A DNA stretch of 61,169 bases from an uncultured archaeon (GTDB lineage: Archaea > Thermoproteota > Bathyarchaeia > Bathyarchaeales > DTEX01), in NCBI GenBank assembly GCA_938091805.1, contig CALKGV010000027.1:1-61169 (forward strand), given 5' to 3'. The position numbers were made by a program, and so were the translations under genes. Positions within the stretch are counted from its first letter, which is position 1; the number at the start of each line of letters is the position of its first letter. The notes beneath the pieces were generated by a model that worked only from the letters and a program-made list of their open reading frames with translations, ran no database searches and was not told the origin of the DNA. Positions 47,483 through 57,602 of the stretch are shown here, piece after piece.

Positions 47483-48955
47483 TTATCGTAGGCCCGGTTT
47501 TCTCTTAGCGAAATCCGTATTATTCTCAAATGCGAAAGATGTCTTCAGAAGATTTTTTTCATCAAAGGGTTTACCTATAATCTGCATTCCTATAGGTAAA
47601 TCGTTCTCAAAACCGCATGGGATAGATATTGCTGGATAACCAGTTAAATTGGCCGGAACGGTTAATATGTCACACATGTAAAGTGTTAAGGGGTCGTTTA
47701 TTTTCTCACCTATATTGAAGGGCGGCAGAGGCATTGTCGGACCGGCTAAAACATCAAACTTTTTTAATGCGTACTCGAATTCTCTCCGGATTAACATTCT
47801 AATTTTAAGCGCCTTTAAATAGTACTGTTCATAGTAGCCGGCTGATAGGGCGTAAGTTCCAAGGATTATCCGCCGCCTCACCTCCGCACCGAAGCCGATG
47901 CGCCTATTCTTCGCATAAACTCTTGAATAGTCCGCATCATCATGCTCAACGCGATAACCATATCTTAGCCCATCATAGCGCGCCAAGTTTGAGCTAGCCT
48001 CGGACATAGCGATAATGTAGTAGGCAGCTAGGGCATATTCTAGGCTTGGCAATGAGATCTCCTCATATAGGGCCCCTAGATCCTCAAGTTTATGAATGGC
48101 TAACCAGACATGTTTTTTAACGGACTCCTCAACTCCCTCATCGAAAAATTCCTTTGGTAACCCGATTTTTAAACCCTTCAGGTCGCTTGCGAAGGATCTA
48201 AAGTAGTCTTCTATGGGCATGTTGACTGAGGTGCTGTCACGCGGGTCATATCCACCCATTACTGAAAGCAGAAGTGCGCAGTCAACGGTACTTTTAGCTA
48301 ACGGACCTATCTGCTCGAGACTATTAGCGTAAGATATGAGGCCATAGCGGCTCACTAAACCATACGTTGGCTTAAGCCCTATGACTGAACAGTAGCTGGC
48401 TGGGCATCTTACGGAGCCGCCTGTATCTGAGCCCAGTGCAAGCGTTGCTTCATCCGCTGCTAAAGCCGCTGCGCTTCCGCCGGATGAGCCGCCTGGAACT
48501 TTACTTAGGTTCCATGGGTTTCTTGTTGGCCCAAAATAGCTGGTTTCCGTAGTTGTTCCCATGGCGAACTCATCCATATTGGTCTTCCCAATTATAATAG
48601 CGTCCTCTCTCTTAAGTCTCCTTATAACAGTGGCATCATACGGCGGGATGAAGTTTTCAAGCATTCGAGAGGCGCATGTTGTGCGAATCCCAAATGTGCA
48701 TATGTTGTCCTTAACAGCTACAGCTACGCCGGCTAATCTTCCAATTTTTTCGCCTCTTGCAATCTTTCTATCGATATCCCTAGCTTTTTCAAGCGCCTCC
48801 TCAGAAGTCATGGTGATAAAAGCGTTTATTTTGCCATCTATGCTCTTGGCTCTACTAATAATTGACCATATGTAATCCTCAGCTGTTATCTCCCCCCTTC
48901 TCATTTTATCAGCGACTTCTGCAGCATACATCTCATAGAGCCTCGGCGTGGGCAT
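47483..48955 (-). CDS. gatA: aspartyl/glutamyl-tRNA amidotransferase subunit A
   Basis: Amidase signature GGSSGGSAAALAA...GSDTGGSVR. Confidence 0.93.
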   Translation of the reverse strand: MPTPRLYEMYAAEVADKMRRGEITAEDYIWSIISRAKSIDGKINAFITMTSEEALEKARDIDRKIARGEKIGRLAGVAVAVKDNICTFGIRTTCASRMLENFIPPYDATVIRRLKREDAIIIGKTNMDEFAMGTTTETSYFGPTRNPWNLSKVPGGSSGGSAAALAADEATLALGSDTGGSVRCPASYCSVIGLKPTYGLVSRYGLISYANSLEQIGPLAKSTVDCALLLSVMGGYDPRDSTSVNMPIEDYFRSFASDLKGLKIGLPKEFFDEGVEESVKKHVWLAIHKLEDLGALYEEISLPSLEYALAAYYIIAMSEASSNLARYDGLRYGYRVEHDDADYSRVYAKNRRIGFGAEVRRRIILGTYALSAGYYEQYYLKALKIRMLIRREFEYALKKFDVLAGPTMPLPPFNIGEKINDPLTLYMCDILTVPANLTGYPAISIPCGFENDLPIGMQIIGKPFDEKNLLKTSFAFENNTDFAKRKPGLR

Positions 48956-48973
48956 TTCCCCTCCAGGCGAAGC

Positions 48974-49300
48974 TTAAACTATTTTTGGAGATTTAAAGAA
49001 TTGCTCCTCCTTTTTAGGCGCATTTTCTAAAACGCCTTCTTTCGGCAAGGTCTCCCCAACCTCATCTTCACGATAAACATTAACTATGTCCAGCACATGA
49101 TACATCGGCGGTATGCTCCTAGTGTCGACTTCATCGATTTTTCTGAAAAACTCTAATATCCTATTAAATTGTTCAGTGAAGACTTCCTTCTCCTCCTCGG
49201 TTAATTCTATATGCGCCAGCTGAGCGATGCGCTCAACCTCCTCCTTAATTATCCATTTTTCCCTCATAGTCTCAGGCGCCTTCAACCTTACTATTGCCAC
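48974..49300 (-). CDS. gatC: aspartyl/glutamyl-tRNA amidotransferase subunit C
   Basis: VERIAQLAHIELTEEEKEVFTEQFNRILEFF..IDEVDT. The true start may be ATG 49267. Confidence 0.85.
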   Translation of the reverse strand: MAIVRLKAPETMREKWIIKEEVERIAQLAHIELTEEEKEVFTEQFNRILEFFRKIDEVDTRSIPPMYHVLDIVNVYREDEVGETLPKEGVLENAPKKEEQFFKSPKIV

Positions 49301-49318
49301 CAGGCCTGTCTGGTATTG

Positions 49319-49792
49319 CTAATCGAGTTTTATGCGCATTAAATAGGCATTCTCTCCATCAGCGTAGTATCCCCTAACAATTCTATCAATTTTGAAGCCT
49401 ATTTTTTTATAAAGGTTTATTGCTGGGGTATTGCTAACACGAACTTCTAAATAGCATTCTTTTACGTCGTAATGGGCCGCCATGGCATGTAACGCCTCTT
49501 TAAGTAGTGCCCCGCCAATGCCCTTACGCCTATAGCTCGGTAAAACAGCTATTGAGACAACGTGTCCTCTCTTTATTAGACCTAGGCCTGAAAAACCACT
49601 TTCAATGCGGCACATAATGTAGCCAACAACTTTCTTCTCTTCCTCCGCAACAATAAATGTTTCTGGAAAATTATTATATAACTCTATAAAGAAGTGCGTT
49701 GAATAATTTTCAGGTAGACATACTTGGTTTATATAAATTACTTGGCTCAGATCTTCAGGCTTAAACTTCCTTACATTAAATGGGTGATCCAC
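49319..49792 (-). CDS. rimI: RimI/Ard1-type protein N-acetyltransferase (GNAT)
   Basis: VLPSYRRKGIGGALL block in a 157-aa protein. Confidence 0.8.
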   Translation of the reverse strand: MDHPFNVRKFKPEDLSQVIYINQVCLPENYSTHFFIELYNNFPETFIVAEEEKKVVGYIMCRIESGFSGLGLIKRGHVVSIAVLPSYRRKGIGGALLKEALHAMAAHYDVKECYLEVRVSNTPAINLYKKIGFKIDRIVRGYYADGENAYLMRIKLD

Positions 49793-49848
49793 TCTTGACC
49801 CAGCGGCTACTTTAACAAATTAGAATGAAATCTTTATTCTTAAAAATA

Positions 49849-51129
49849 TTATTTCTTTTCAGGGGCCGCATTTGACCCGACTATAACCGGAATTGTTAAG
49901 TTTCCACATGGGATAACAGAGATCTTAGATTTCTTGCCAAGCATCTCTAAAGCATAATTTAGGGCTTCATTAGCGGTTCTAAAAACTTTTAAACCCAAAT
50001 TTTCTGAAGCATAATAATCGGGTATTGCCGAAACCATGCAGATATCAAATTTTCTGGAGGCTTTAATAAAACGGTACGCCATGAACCCTCCGATGCTGAA
50101 TCTCTTTTTTAAAGATTTCTCCAGAGAGAGCGGGGAGTCTCTAAACTTGGAGATCGCCTCATAGAAATCTAGGTCGCCGTAGCCATCGACGCACTCGGCC
50201 ACAAGAACGAGAATACCGTTTCTTCTAACTGCCCTAAGTGAATTTTCTAGGCATTTAAAAGCCTCAAATAGGTTTACATCGAAAGGTGATCCGCCGGGGC
50301 TTACAAAAACAGCATCAGCCTTTCTTTCCACCTGAACTTTATATAGTGCATCAGCTGATCTGGCCGCTTCACGGTAGGCTTTCTCCATATCGCCAGCAAA
50401 GGACTTGACAACTTCACCCCTTAAGTTTCTAACGACATTCACGCTGAAGTCAACTTCAACTAGGCGTGAAGCTTCAGCTATGCCGCTAAGGATGCCGCCG
50501 CCTAAAGCATCGAGGGGGTCATCAATGTTTAAGATTGGCATTAAAAGCTGGCCAACGGTGTCCATATTGGATAGCCCGGGAACTATGGCGTATCCATCAC
50601 CGCTATACAGCGTATATGGATTCGGCTCAATTGAGCTCGCTATAATTTTCACTTTAGAATCAATAAAGACTTTATTAATGTATGCTTTTATGCCACTGGA
50701 TGTATCGCCAACGTAAACGCACTCGCTTAAGCCGTCATGAAAGGCAATGTTAACCCCTAAGGGTAACAGTTCATTTTTTATTTGCTCTTTCATTCTGTCT
50801 GTTCGCAGGTTAAATGGATCTTGGGCTAATATGATTGTTAAATCCCCGCTTTTTAATCCGGCTTGAGTAAGCTCGCTTAAAATTATGGAAACTATTAAAT
50901 TGCTTATTGAGGGATCAAAAATATTTAGGGCTAAGACTACTTTATCCCCAGATTTTACTATTTCCGATAGCCCTCTTACATCAATCGGGTTTTTTATGGA
51001 GCGTTCAATTTCACCCCTTGGATTTTCAGCGCCTTCAGCTATAGCCGTCTTAATTTCATCTTTAAAATTCTCTAAGGGAACTCTGACACATACCTCGGTT
51101 TTACCGTAAGGAAGCCAAATATCAGGCAT
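49849..51129 (-). CDS. LarA-like (DUF2088, lactate-racemase N-terminal domain) protein, divergent
   Basis: MPDIWLPYGKTEV N-terminus and overall length fit. The region aligned by eye to the LarA cofactor site reads IEPNPYTLYSGDGYAIVPG. Confidence 0.6.
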   Translation of the reverse strand: MPDIWLPYGKTEVCVRVPLENFKDEIKTAIAEGAENPRGEIERSIKNPIDVRGLSEIVKSGDKVVLALNIFDPSISNLIVSIILSELTQAGLKSGDLTIILAQDPFNLRTDRMKEQIKNELLPLGVNIAFHDGLSECVYVGDTSSGIKAYINKVFIDSKVKIIASSIEPNPYTLYSGDGYAIVPGLSNMDTVGQLLMPILNIDDPLDALGGGILSGIAEASRLVEVDFSVNVVRNLRGEVVKSFAGDMEKAYREAARSADALYKVQVERKADAVFVSPGGSPFDVNLFEAFKCLENSLRAVRRNGILVLVAECVDGYGDLDFYEAISKFRDSPLSLEKSLKKRFSIGGFMAYRFIKASRKFDICMVSAIPDYYASENLGLKVFRTANEALNYALEMLGKKSKISVIPCGNLTIPVIVGSNAAPEKK

Positions 51130-51167
51130 TATACACCACTAATTTATAAGTCAGAGGTAAGCGTACT

Positions 51168-52850
51168 TTAAGGTTGCGCATGTACATGTAGCCGCATTAT
51201 GTCTGTTCTGCCAGCTGCACCCCAGAATCTCTCAACTATTTTCTCTAACCCCTCAGGTTTCCTCTCCTTCAACCAGAGCCTAGCATAAATATTAGATAGC
51301 GCTATGTAGTCAGAAACGCTGTCTTCACCCTCAAGGATCTTTACTCCTAATCTAAGAAGGGTTCTTATGAAGTCTAAGTCTTCACGCATCTCTATTTCCT
51401 CAACTTTCTCCATAGTTTTCTTCCAAGATGCTTTTATCCTCTCCTTATCCTCAAATGATAACCTGCTGAACCAGAAATCCTTAAAAATAACATGCTTTAT
51501 GACGTCTGAAAATTCCGGTCTGCCAAACAGCAGCCTTGCCTCAACTGTTTTCTCATCCTCGCCGCTTATAGCCTGCCATTTTTTCACCCATTCCCCATTC
51601 CCCTCAGCTATTTCCATGGTTGCCAGAATTAACGGCTTCAGCAACGAGAAAAGGCATTCTTCACCATCATCGCCCCAAGCCGTCAATAGGAAGCCTAGCA
51701 GCTCCTCCTCGGTGGCTGCGGTTAAAAAGTTCTTAATGTTCTTTAGCGCAATCTCAAAGTTTGGATAATATCTATTCCAGTTGGATAAGCCTGGGCAAGC
51801 TATCTGCTTTAAACCCCTATTCTTGAATATCCTTATTTTCTCTTTAAAGTTTTCTTTTGGGCTTGGGCTGTAATCCCAATTCGCTATCAACGACCTACGC
51901 CATATGTCGCTCTCTAGGACTTCACGCCACTTAGTCGATTCCTCCCCAAGATACATTCCGGAGATCATGTCACCCCAAAGAATAGGCTCTTTTCCCTCTT
52001 CCAGAACTTTTTCCACCATTTTTTTATGATGCGCCTCGTAGAGTTTTGGCCCCTCAAAAGTCCACGTTCTGTTTAAGCTTCTCCCTCTTCCTAATGCCCA
52101 AGTTTCATCGCCGCCTACATGTATATATTTTGATGAGGAAAAGAAGCCTATCGCCTCTTCAAGAAGATCATGGGCGAATTTCCTAGCGTTTTCATCGCTT
52201 AAATTTAAGCATCCTTCCCCAGGATTATGCCACTCACTAAACCTGTAGAACTCCGGTAACGATAGAATATGCTCCATATGTCCTGATAGTTCAAGCGATG
52301 GAAAAACCTCTATTCCAAGGTTGTTACCGTAATCTATTATTTCCTTAAGCTCATCCTCCGTCAACCTCCCCCTATGCTTGCCTATCTGCGGATATTTCTT
52401 CCAGGGAAATAAATCCTCAAAATATATGGCGAAGTAGTTATATTTAAATAGGAAAAGCATGCGTAATATCTCCTTGAAAGTTTCAAGATGTGGAACCCCG
52501 CCTCTGGCTATGTCCAAATGGTAGCCCCTAAACTTAAATTTGAAAGACTCCTTAACCTCAACTTCCGGTAAGTAGTTTCCTCTCTGCATAATTAACTGTA
52601 GAAGTGTGGCGTAGCATATTTGGCAGTCGCCCCATATAGTGACTTTGCCCTCCTCCACTTTTAGCCCTGTTTCATCTAGCCCTGTTTCATCAGCAGCTTC
52701 AATTATTGTCCAATTCCCCATTGGAACCTTAAATTCGCGTCTAAGAAACTCTGGGAAATCCTTAAATCCTTCAAAAGCAAACCATCTACCAGTAAACCTA
52801 ATGTATTTTGGCTCTGGAACGATGAAAATTTTCTTTTCCATAAAAATCAC
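51168..52850 (-). CDS. glycoside hydrolase family 20-like (beta-N-acetylhexosaminidase-like) protein
   Basis: FRGYHLDIARG and HVGGDE catalytic blocks. No signal peptide is evident. Confidence 0.7.
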   Translation of the reverse strand: MIFMEKKIFIVPEPKYIRFTGRWFAFEGFKDFPEFLRREFKVPMGNWTIIEAADETGLDETGLKVEEGKVTIWGDCQICYATLLQLIMQRGNYLPEVEVKESFKFKFRGYHLDIARGGVPHLETFKEILRMLFLFKYNYFAIYFEDLFPWKKYPQIGKHRGRLTEDELKEIIDYGNNLGIEVFPSLELSGHMEHILSLPEFYRFSEWHNPGEGCLNLSDENARKFAHDLLEEAIGFFSSSKYIHVGGDETWALGRGRSLNRTWTFEGPKLYEAHHKKMVEKVLEEGKEPILWGDMISGMYLGEESTKWREVLESDIWRRSLIANWDYSPSPKENFKEKIRIFKNRGLKQIACPGLSNWNRYYPNFEIALKNIKNFLTAATEEELLGFLLTAWGDDGEECLFSLLKPLILATMEIAEGNGEWVKKWQAISGEDEKTVEARLLFGRPEFSDVIKHVIFKDFWFSRLSFEDKERIKASWKKTMEKVEEIEMREDLDFIRTLLRLGVKILEGEDSVSDYIALSNIYARLWLKERKPEGLEKIVERFWGAAGRTDIMRLHVHAQP

Positions 52851-53050
52851 TTATCTGATTTCGGTAAATATGGCTTTTCATTCAATTCTGTGAAGCATCT
52901 CTTTCATCTATTTTGATCTTTAAGGGATTAAGTTAAGTTCAAGTATAAGGTTGTCTATTCTCCATTCTACCTTATATTTTCTATACGTCACCATGTTTCC
53001 GAAAGATTCTCCCCTCCGAGGGAGAGAAGGCTGAGATTAGGAGTTTCATA

Positions 53051-53088
53051 GAGAGGCAAAAATATGAGATAAGCCTCTTTTGCCTCTC
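53051..53088. repeat. perfect 11-bp inverted repeat (hairpin)
   Basis: gagaggcaaaa (53051-53061) pairs with ttttgcctctc (53078-53088) across a 16-nt loop. Confidence 0.8.
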
Positions 53089-53246
53089 ACGCTACGCCTC
53101 CAGGGCTCAATGAGGTTGAGGAGCAGGGCAATAAGGGACTTAAGAGAGATATCTGCATTAACTACACTTGCTGAAGCATTGAGGAGCTGGAGAGCGGCCT
53201 GACAATACATAAGAAAAAATAATAATTATAAATAATCGGACTTAAC

Positions 53247-53792
53247 TTAGAATCTATCTATGGACAATATTTCTGAGAGCGCTTTTCTAGATCCATGTTC
53301 ACTGAACCCTTCATCCTTTGGGTAACCTAACGGTGTTATGGCAACTACATTAACATTTTCTGGCACACCGAGGATCTTTTTAACCTCTTCATTATCGAAG
53401 GCTCCGATCCAGCATGTTCCAAGTCCCTCAGCTCTGGCTGCCAATATTAGGTGGGTGAACGCTATGGAGACATCAACGAGCATGCTTAAATCACCCATAT
53501 ATCCGCCTCTATTCCAGTGAATATTGTATCCGCAGGCAACTATGACTACTGGCGCCTCGGCAATGAATGTTTGATTGTGGCATGCTGCTGCTAATCGCTT
53601 CTTAAGAGTCTCATCTTTTACAATTATGAACTTCCAGGGTTGACGGTTTGAGCCTGAGGGCGCTATCCTAGCGGCGTCTAGTATCCTCATAAGAGTTTCC
53701 TCAGGTATAGGATCGGGCTTATAGGATCTTATGCTTCTACGCGTCCTCACGACTTCGTAAAAATCCAAATTGATCACTCCTGATATACACAT
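53247..53792 (-). CDS. nitroreductase-family FMN oxidoreductase (second copy)
   Basis: RRSIRSY...PSGSNRQPWKFIIV. Confidence 0.85.
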   Translation of the reverse strand: MCISGVINLDFYEVVRTRRSIRSYKPDPIPEETLMRILDAARIAPSGSNRQPWKFIIVKDETLKKRLAAACHNQTFIAEAPVVIVACGYNIHWNRGGYMGDLSMLVDVSIAFTHLILAARAEGLGTCWIGAFDNEEVKKILGVPENVNVVAITPLGYPKDEGFSEHGSRKALSEILSIDRF

Positions 53793-53835
53793 ATATTTTG
53801 AAGGAGGTATATAGTCTTTATTTTTTCCAGCGCAT

Positions 53836-53859
53836 TTAACTTGAACTTTAACTTGAACT
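53836..53859. repeat. perfect tandem 12-nt duplication spanning the stop codon of the NFACT gene
   Basis: ttaacttgaact occurs twice, at 53836-53847 and 53848-53859. The second copy encodes SSS-stop on the minus strand. Confidence 0.9.
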
Positions 53860-55848
53860 TATGCTTCCTTGACCTAGTGGTATAAACGCATGTACCTCCT
53901 CAAGGGGGATCTTTAGGATCTCCGTTCTCTCCTCGGGTGAACTCATTTCCGCCAGCATCTTCCTAATATTTTTTGCAAGTTTACCAGCTGGCTCGCTTCC
54001 AGGAACCACCTTAACAAAAAGGTTGGTTTGTTTTGATATGGCTTCCAATGGTCCGCCAATAACCCTAAATGCGCTGTTCTCCCTTTTCACCCCTATAGCG
54101 ATTTCAAGCGTAACGTTCCTAACATAATTTTTAGTCCCATAAATCATGAAGGATCCTTTTGGAAGATATTCTCCTGAAGGCGGCTTTTTACTCACCTGCT
54201 CCGGCTTAATCCAGTAAACATCTACGGCTCTAAGCCCCTCCTTCCAAGCGCGCGAGTATGAAGCAGTAAACTGAGCTGCCTCCTTAATTGTTTTCTCCGG
54301 GGTTTTTCCTTGGGTTTTTATTACAACAAATGGTGAACCTAGGTTGTCCGCATGGAAAATTAAGTCATGCGGCTCCGTATATCTCTTAATTAGGGCCTCG
54401 TTTGTTGACGCATCTCTGCCGCCTAATACAAGAAAGTTCTCAGATGAGAAAAACCAGTGGAATTTTTCATACCATTCTCTTCTTCTCTTCACTGGGATCG
54501 CTGTTGGAGCCGCAACCTCCTTCTCCAGCTCCTCAGCTTTTGCCTTCTCAATTCTCTCTTTTGTTTGCTCTATAGCCTTCTCTAGACCCCTAATTTTATC
54601 CCCCATCTTCTTAGCCCTCTCATAATACTCTGCCGCGTTCTGCTGTGCTGACATTTTAAGATTTAGATTGAAGATTTGGCCGTCAACTGAAACTTGAAGC
54701 GTCAGCGTTTTCGGGTTGATGGACGCGAAGTAGATTGATGGAACAACGGAGTTTTCTTTCTCTTTAAGCATAACCTCGGAAATCTCATCCCAGCTTTTTC
54801 CGCTTCTTTTCTCATTCATGATTCTGTTTATCAGAAAATCAATCTCGTATAAATGAGAGTAGATTTTATCGCCGATTTGACGGTAAATTTCAACTTTACC
54901 GGTTAATTCCCGTAAGTTTTCCTCCTGCTCCTGCAGAATCCTCTTTAGGTTGACTATTTCCCTCTCATATACATCTTTGCTCTTTTCCACTTCGCCCTTA
55001 AGCATGATTTTCGCATAATACTCATCTAATGCATCATTAAACGTCTCCATCTCAATCATGTTAAGTCCAGAATATTTTTTCAGAGGGAACGGCGCTGCAT
55101 CCACCCATGCGCCAGCCTCATCTATAAAGACGCACGGCTTCCAGTTTCCAATTTGGGAAGCCAGATCCATTATACTGTTTAAGATGGCGGATAATTCTCC
55201 ATCGGTGAGTGAAGAGCACAGTCTATCTTTATCTATGCCGGATCTCAGCAATATCTCTTCAGCATATAGCCCGCCGATGCCTAGAAATCTGGTTAAAGCC
55301 CTAACGATGTCGATTTGACCAAAACCTTTTATTTCGCGGATCTCTTCTGGACCAACATTCCTTAAATCTCTTCCTCTCTGAGGCGGATACTTAAAATCTT
55401 CACCCTGAAGGATGTTCCTATCCTTCATCCTTTTATAGGTTAATGCATAAAGAATCTTATTTTCAGGCCCTACAAGAATCATGTTTCCCTCACCGAAAAG
55501 TTCCGCTATAAGCCGATATTTTTGACCGCCACGCCTGATTAGTAGTTCGCTGATCCTTTCAAAGTCATATTGGTTGATGTCCTCAACGACGCCGTTTTCT
55601 AAATGTTTTCTCAACGCCATGCAGAAGTTAGGCGGCTTTTTAGGCTTCTCAAGATCGTATTTTGTGGCATGGATCCTTCTGCCCGCTTCAATTAGGAGCT
55701 GAAGAGATTCCCCGCTAGGATTGCGAAGCTTTAATAGTAGGATTTTATGATTTAACTGATAGATCTTCCCTATTCGGGAGCCCCTAACCAAATTGCTGAG
55801 TTCAGATATGGCTGCGGCAATATCGAAAGCCGTCATACTCTCTTTCAA
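53848..55848 (-). CDS. NFACT-family protein (RqcH/NEMF/FbpA homolog, ribosome quality control)
   Basis: N-terminal NFACT-N pattern (MTAFDIAAAISEL...), a central coiled coil and a C-terminal DUF814-like block (ENFLVLGGRDASTNEALI...FHAD..GSPFVVIK). Confidence 0.85.
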   Translation of the reverse strand: MKESMTAFDIAAAISELSNLVRGSRIGKIYQLNHKILLLKLRNPSGESLQLLIEAGRRIHATKYDLEKPKKPPNFCMALRKHLENGVVEDINQYDFERISELLIRRGGQKYRLIAELFGEGNMILVGPENKILYALTYKRMKDRNILQGEDFKYPPQRGRDLRNVGPEEIREIKGFGQIDIVRALTRFLGIGGLYAEEILLRSGIDKDRLCSSLTDGELSAILNSIMDLASQIGNWKPCVFIDEAGAWVDAAPFPLKKYSGLNMIEMETFNDALDEYYAKIMLKGEVEKSKDVYEREIVNLKRILQEQEENLRELTGKVEIYRQIGDKIYSHLYEIDFLINRIMNEKRSGKSWDEISEVMLKEKENSVVPSIYFASINPKTLTLQVSVDGQIFNLNLKMSAQQNAAEYYERAKKMGDKIRGLEKAIEQTKERIEKAKAEELEKEVAAPTAIPVKRRREWYEKFHWFFSSENFLVLGGRDASTNEALIKRYTEPHDLIFHADNLGSPFVVIKTQGKTPEKTIKEAAQFTASYSRAWKEGLRAVDVYWIKPEQVSKKPPSGEYLPKGSFMIYGTKNYVRNVTLEIAIGVKRENSAFRVIGGPLEAISKQTNLFVKVVPGSEPAGKLAKNIRKMLAEMSSPEERTEILKIPLEEVHAFIPLGQGSISSS

Positions 55849-55874
55849 GCAATCACCTAAAAGGTAGATGCTAA

Positions 55875-56138
55875 ATGGAACCCTTAAATGTTATCTACTG
55901 GATAAAGGTTGCGTTAGGAATCTTTACAGCGTGCATATGCTTACTTTTAGGTGTCAATAATATCTTTACCGGAATAATGATGAGCCTGCTGATCTACCTA
56001 TTAGGCGACAGGATTTTGAAACAAATTTTCGCTGCAAAGGTTGATAAGCCGTCAACGATCACGAAGACAGGTGTCGGCACATACATAATTACATGGATTC
56101 TCTTCTGGATCCTGCTGTACACTTTATTCTCAATATGA
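55875..56138 (+). CDS. small membrane protein (hypothetical)
   Basis: 87 aa with three hydrophobic helices. Confidence 0.5.
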   Translation: MEPLNVIYWIKVALGIFTACICLLLGVNNIFTGIMMSLLIYLLGDRILKQIFAAKVDKPSTITKTGVGTYIITWILFWILLYTLFSI

Positions 56139-56146
56139 TATGGCAG

Positions 56147-56554
56147 CTAATTATGCTGCCCCCTCTTTTTATCAACGTTTCTAAGTGCGAAATGGACAAA
56201 TTCCGCCATCGCTGAAAAATATCCGCAATCATAATCGGCATGTAGCTTATTTTTGGAGTGCTCCAAAAACTCCCTGTGGTATTTCTTTAGCATACTCGCA
56301 TTATTTAAATCTAGTTTACTTATAAAAGTGTCCTGCTCACCCGCCCTATACATGAGAACTATGCCCTTTAATGCGCAGATGAATCCGCTGGCGAATTCGC
56401 TGTAACCTTTTTCCCTAATCTTCACTTCCAGATCATCTATACCTCTCTCGGCATCAGCGAATCTCCTACTTAAAATATGCTGGAAAATGTTGCTTAGGAG
56501 ATGCGGATCTACAATTTTGCTATTACCACTCTTTTCCATCTTCTTTAGCGACAT
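56147..56554 (-). CDS. hypothetical protein overlapping the radA 3' end
   Basis: A 135-aa ORF whose start lies 32 nt inside the radA coding end. No motif recognised. Confidence 0.45.
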   Translation of the reverse strand: MSLKKMEKSGNSKIVDPHLLSNIFQHILSRRFADAERGIDDLEVKIREKGYSEFASGFICALKGIVLMYRAGEQDTFISKLDLNNASMLKKYHREFLEHSKNKLHADYDCGYFSAMAEFVHFALRNVDKKRGQHN

Positions 56555-57521
56555 CTTCTATACCATTCTCAGTTATTTTAAATAAGCATTCGCCTTCTGG
56601 AAGATAAGGGCTTGAAACCAGCCTGGCTATTCTGACAAATCCCTTGGCGCTTTTTCTCAAGAATACTCTTGTGTGGCTTGTGTGAGCAACTATGTGTCCG
56701 CCTATTGGGCGAATCGTCTCTGAGAAGAAGGCTTCAGGGCTTGCCATAACCTGGTTGGTTACAAGGGCTACGGCGTTAAAGCCCCTCGCCAGCCTAATGA
56801 GTTTATGCATGTGTTGATTAAGCTTCTGCTGTCTTAAGGCTAGATTTTCACGTCCTATGTATTCGCTTCTAAAGTGGGCTGTTAGGGAATCAACAACTAT
56901 CAAACGTATGTTATTCTCCTTTATCACTTTATCAGCGTTTTCCAAAAGAAACATCTGATGGTCAGACGTGTAGGCTTCAGCCCAAATAATATTTTTTACA
57001 GCTTTCTGTGGGTCCAGCCCCCTGAATTTAGCCATTTGAACTATGCGTTCAGGCCTAAAAGTGTTCTCGGTGTCAATGTATAGGGCTCCTCCACCTAAGC
57101 CGCCTTTTTCAGGCGGTAGCTGAACGTTAACGCATGCCTGATGCGCAATCTGGCTTTTGCCGGAACCGTATTCTCCATAAAATTCCGTTATTGTTTGTGT
57201 TTCAAGCCCGCCTCCTAGGAGTTCATCGAGCTTTTTGCTTCCGGTTGTTAAACGTAGCACGTTCTGACGCTTCTCCAGGAGTTCATCTGCACGTACAAAT
57301 GAGAGGGTGACTGATGATCTTGCGGCATTAATTATTTCAAAGGCTTTCTTGTCACTTATGCCTGCCTGCTCCAGCTCGCGGATTGTCGCCATGGCTAATG
57401 ACTCAACAGTGTTAAAGCCTAATTCGCGCAGTTTCTCAGCTATTGAAGGTGTTACGCCGGGGATATCCTCGATGCTTAAGTATCGCCTTTTCTCCGTTTC
57501 ATCCTCGTACATTTCTCTCAA
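56523..57521 (-). CDS. radA: DNA repair and recombination protein RadA
   Basis: N-terminal HhH domain, Walker [10 protein letters not shown] and Walker B LIVVDS. Confidence 0.96.
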   Translation of the reverse strand: MREMYEDETEKRRYLSIEDIPGVTPSIAEKLRELGFNTVESLAMATIRELEQAGISDKKAFEIINAARSSVTLSFVRADELLEKRQNVLRLTTGSKKLDELLGGGLETQTITEFYGEYGSGKSQIAHQACVNVQLPPEKGGLGGGALYIDTENTFRPERIVQMAKFRGLDPQKAVKNIIWAEAYTSDHQMFLLENADKVIKENNIRLIVVDSLTAHFRSEYIGRENLALRQQKLNQHMHKLIRLARGFNAVALVTNQVMASPEAFFSETIRPIGGHIVAHTSHTRVFLRKSAKGFVRIARLVSSPYLPEGECLFKITENGIEDVAKEDGKEW

Positions 57522-57602
57522 TAAAATCTAAATTTTCAACGGATATTTAAATTAGACGAAAAGCAAAATCTTTTGTGGCGAACATTATGGAGGGATCTTA
57601 CA

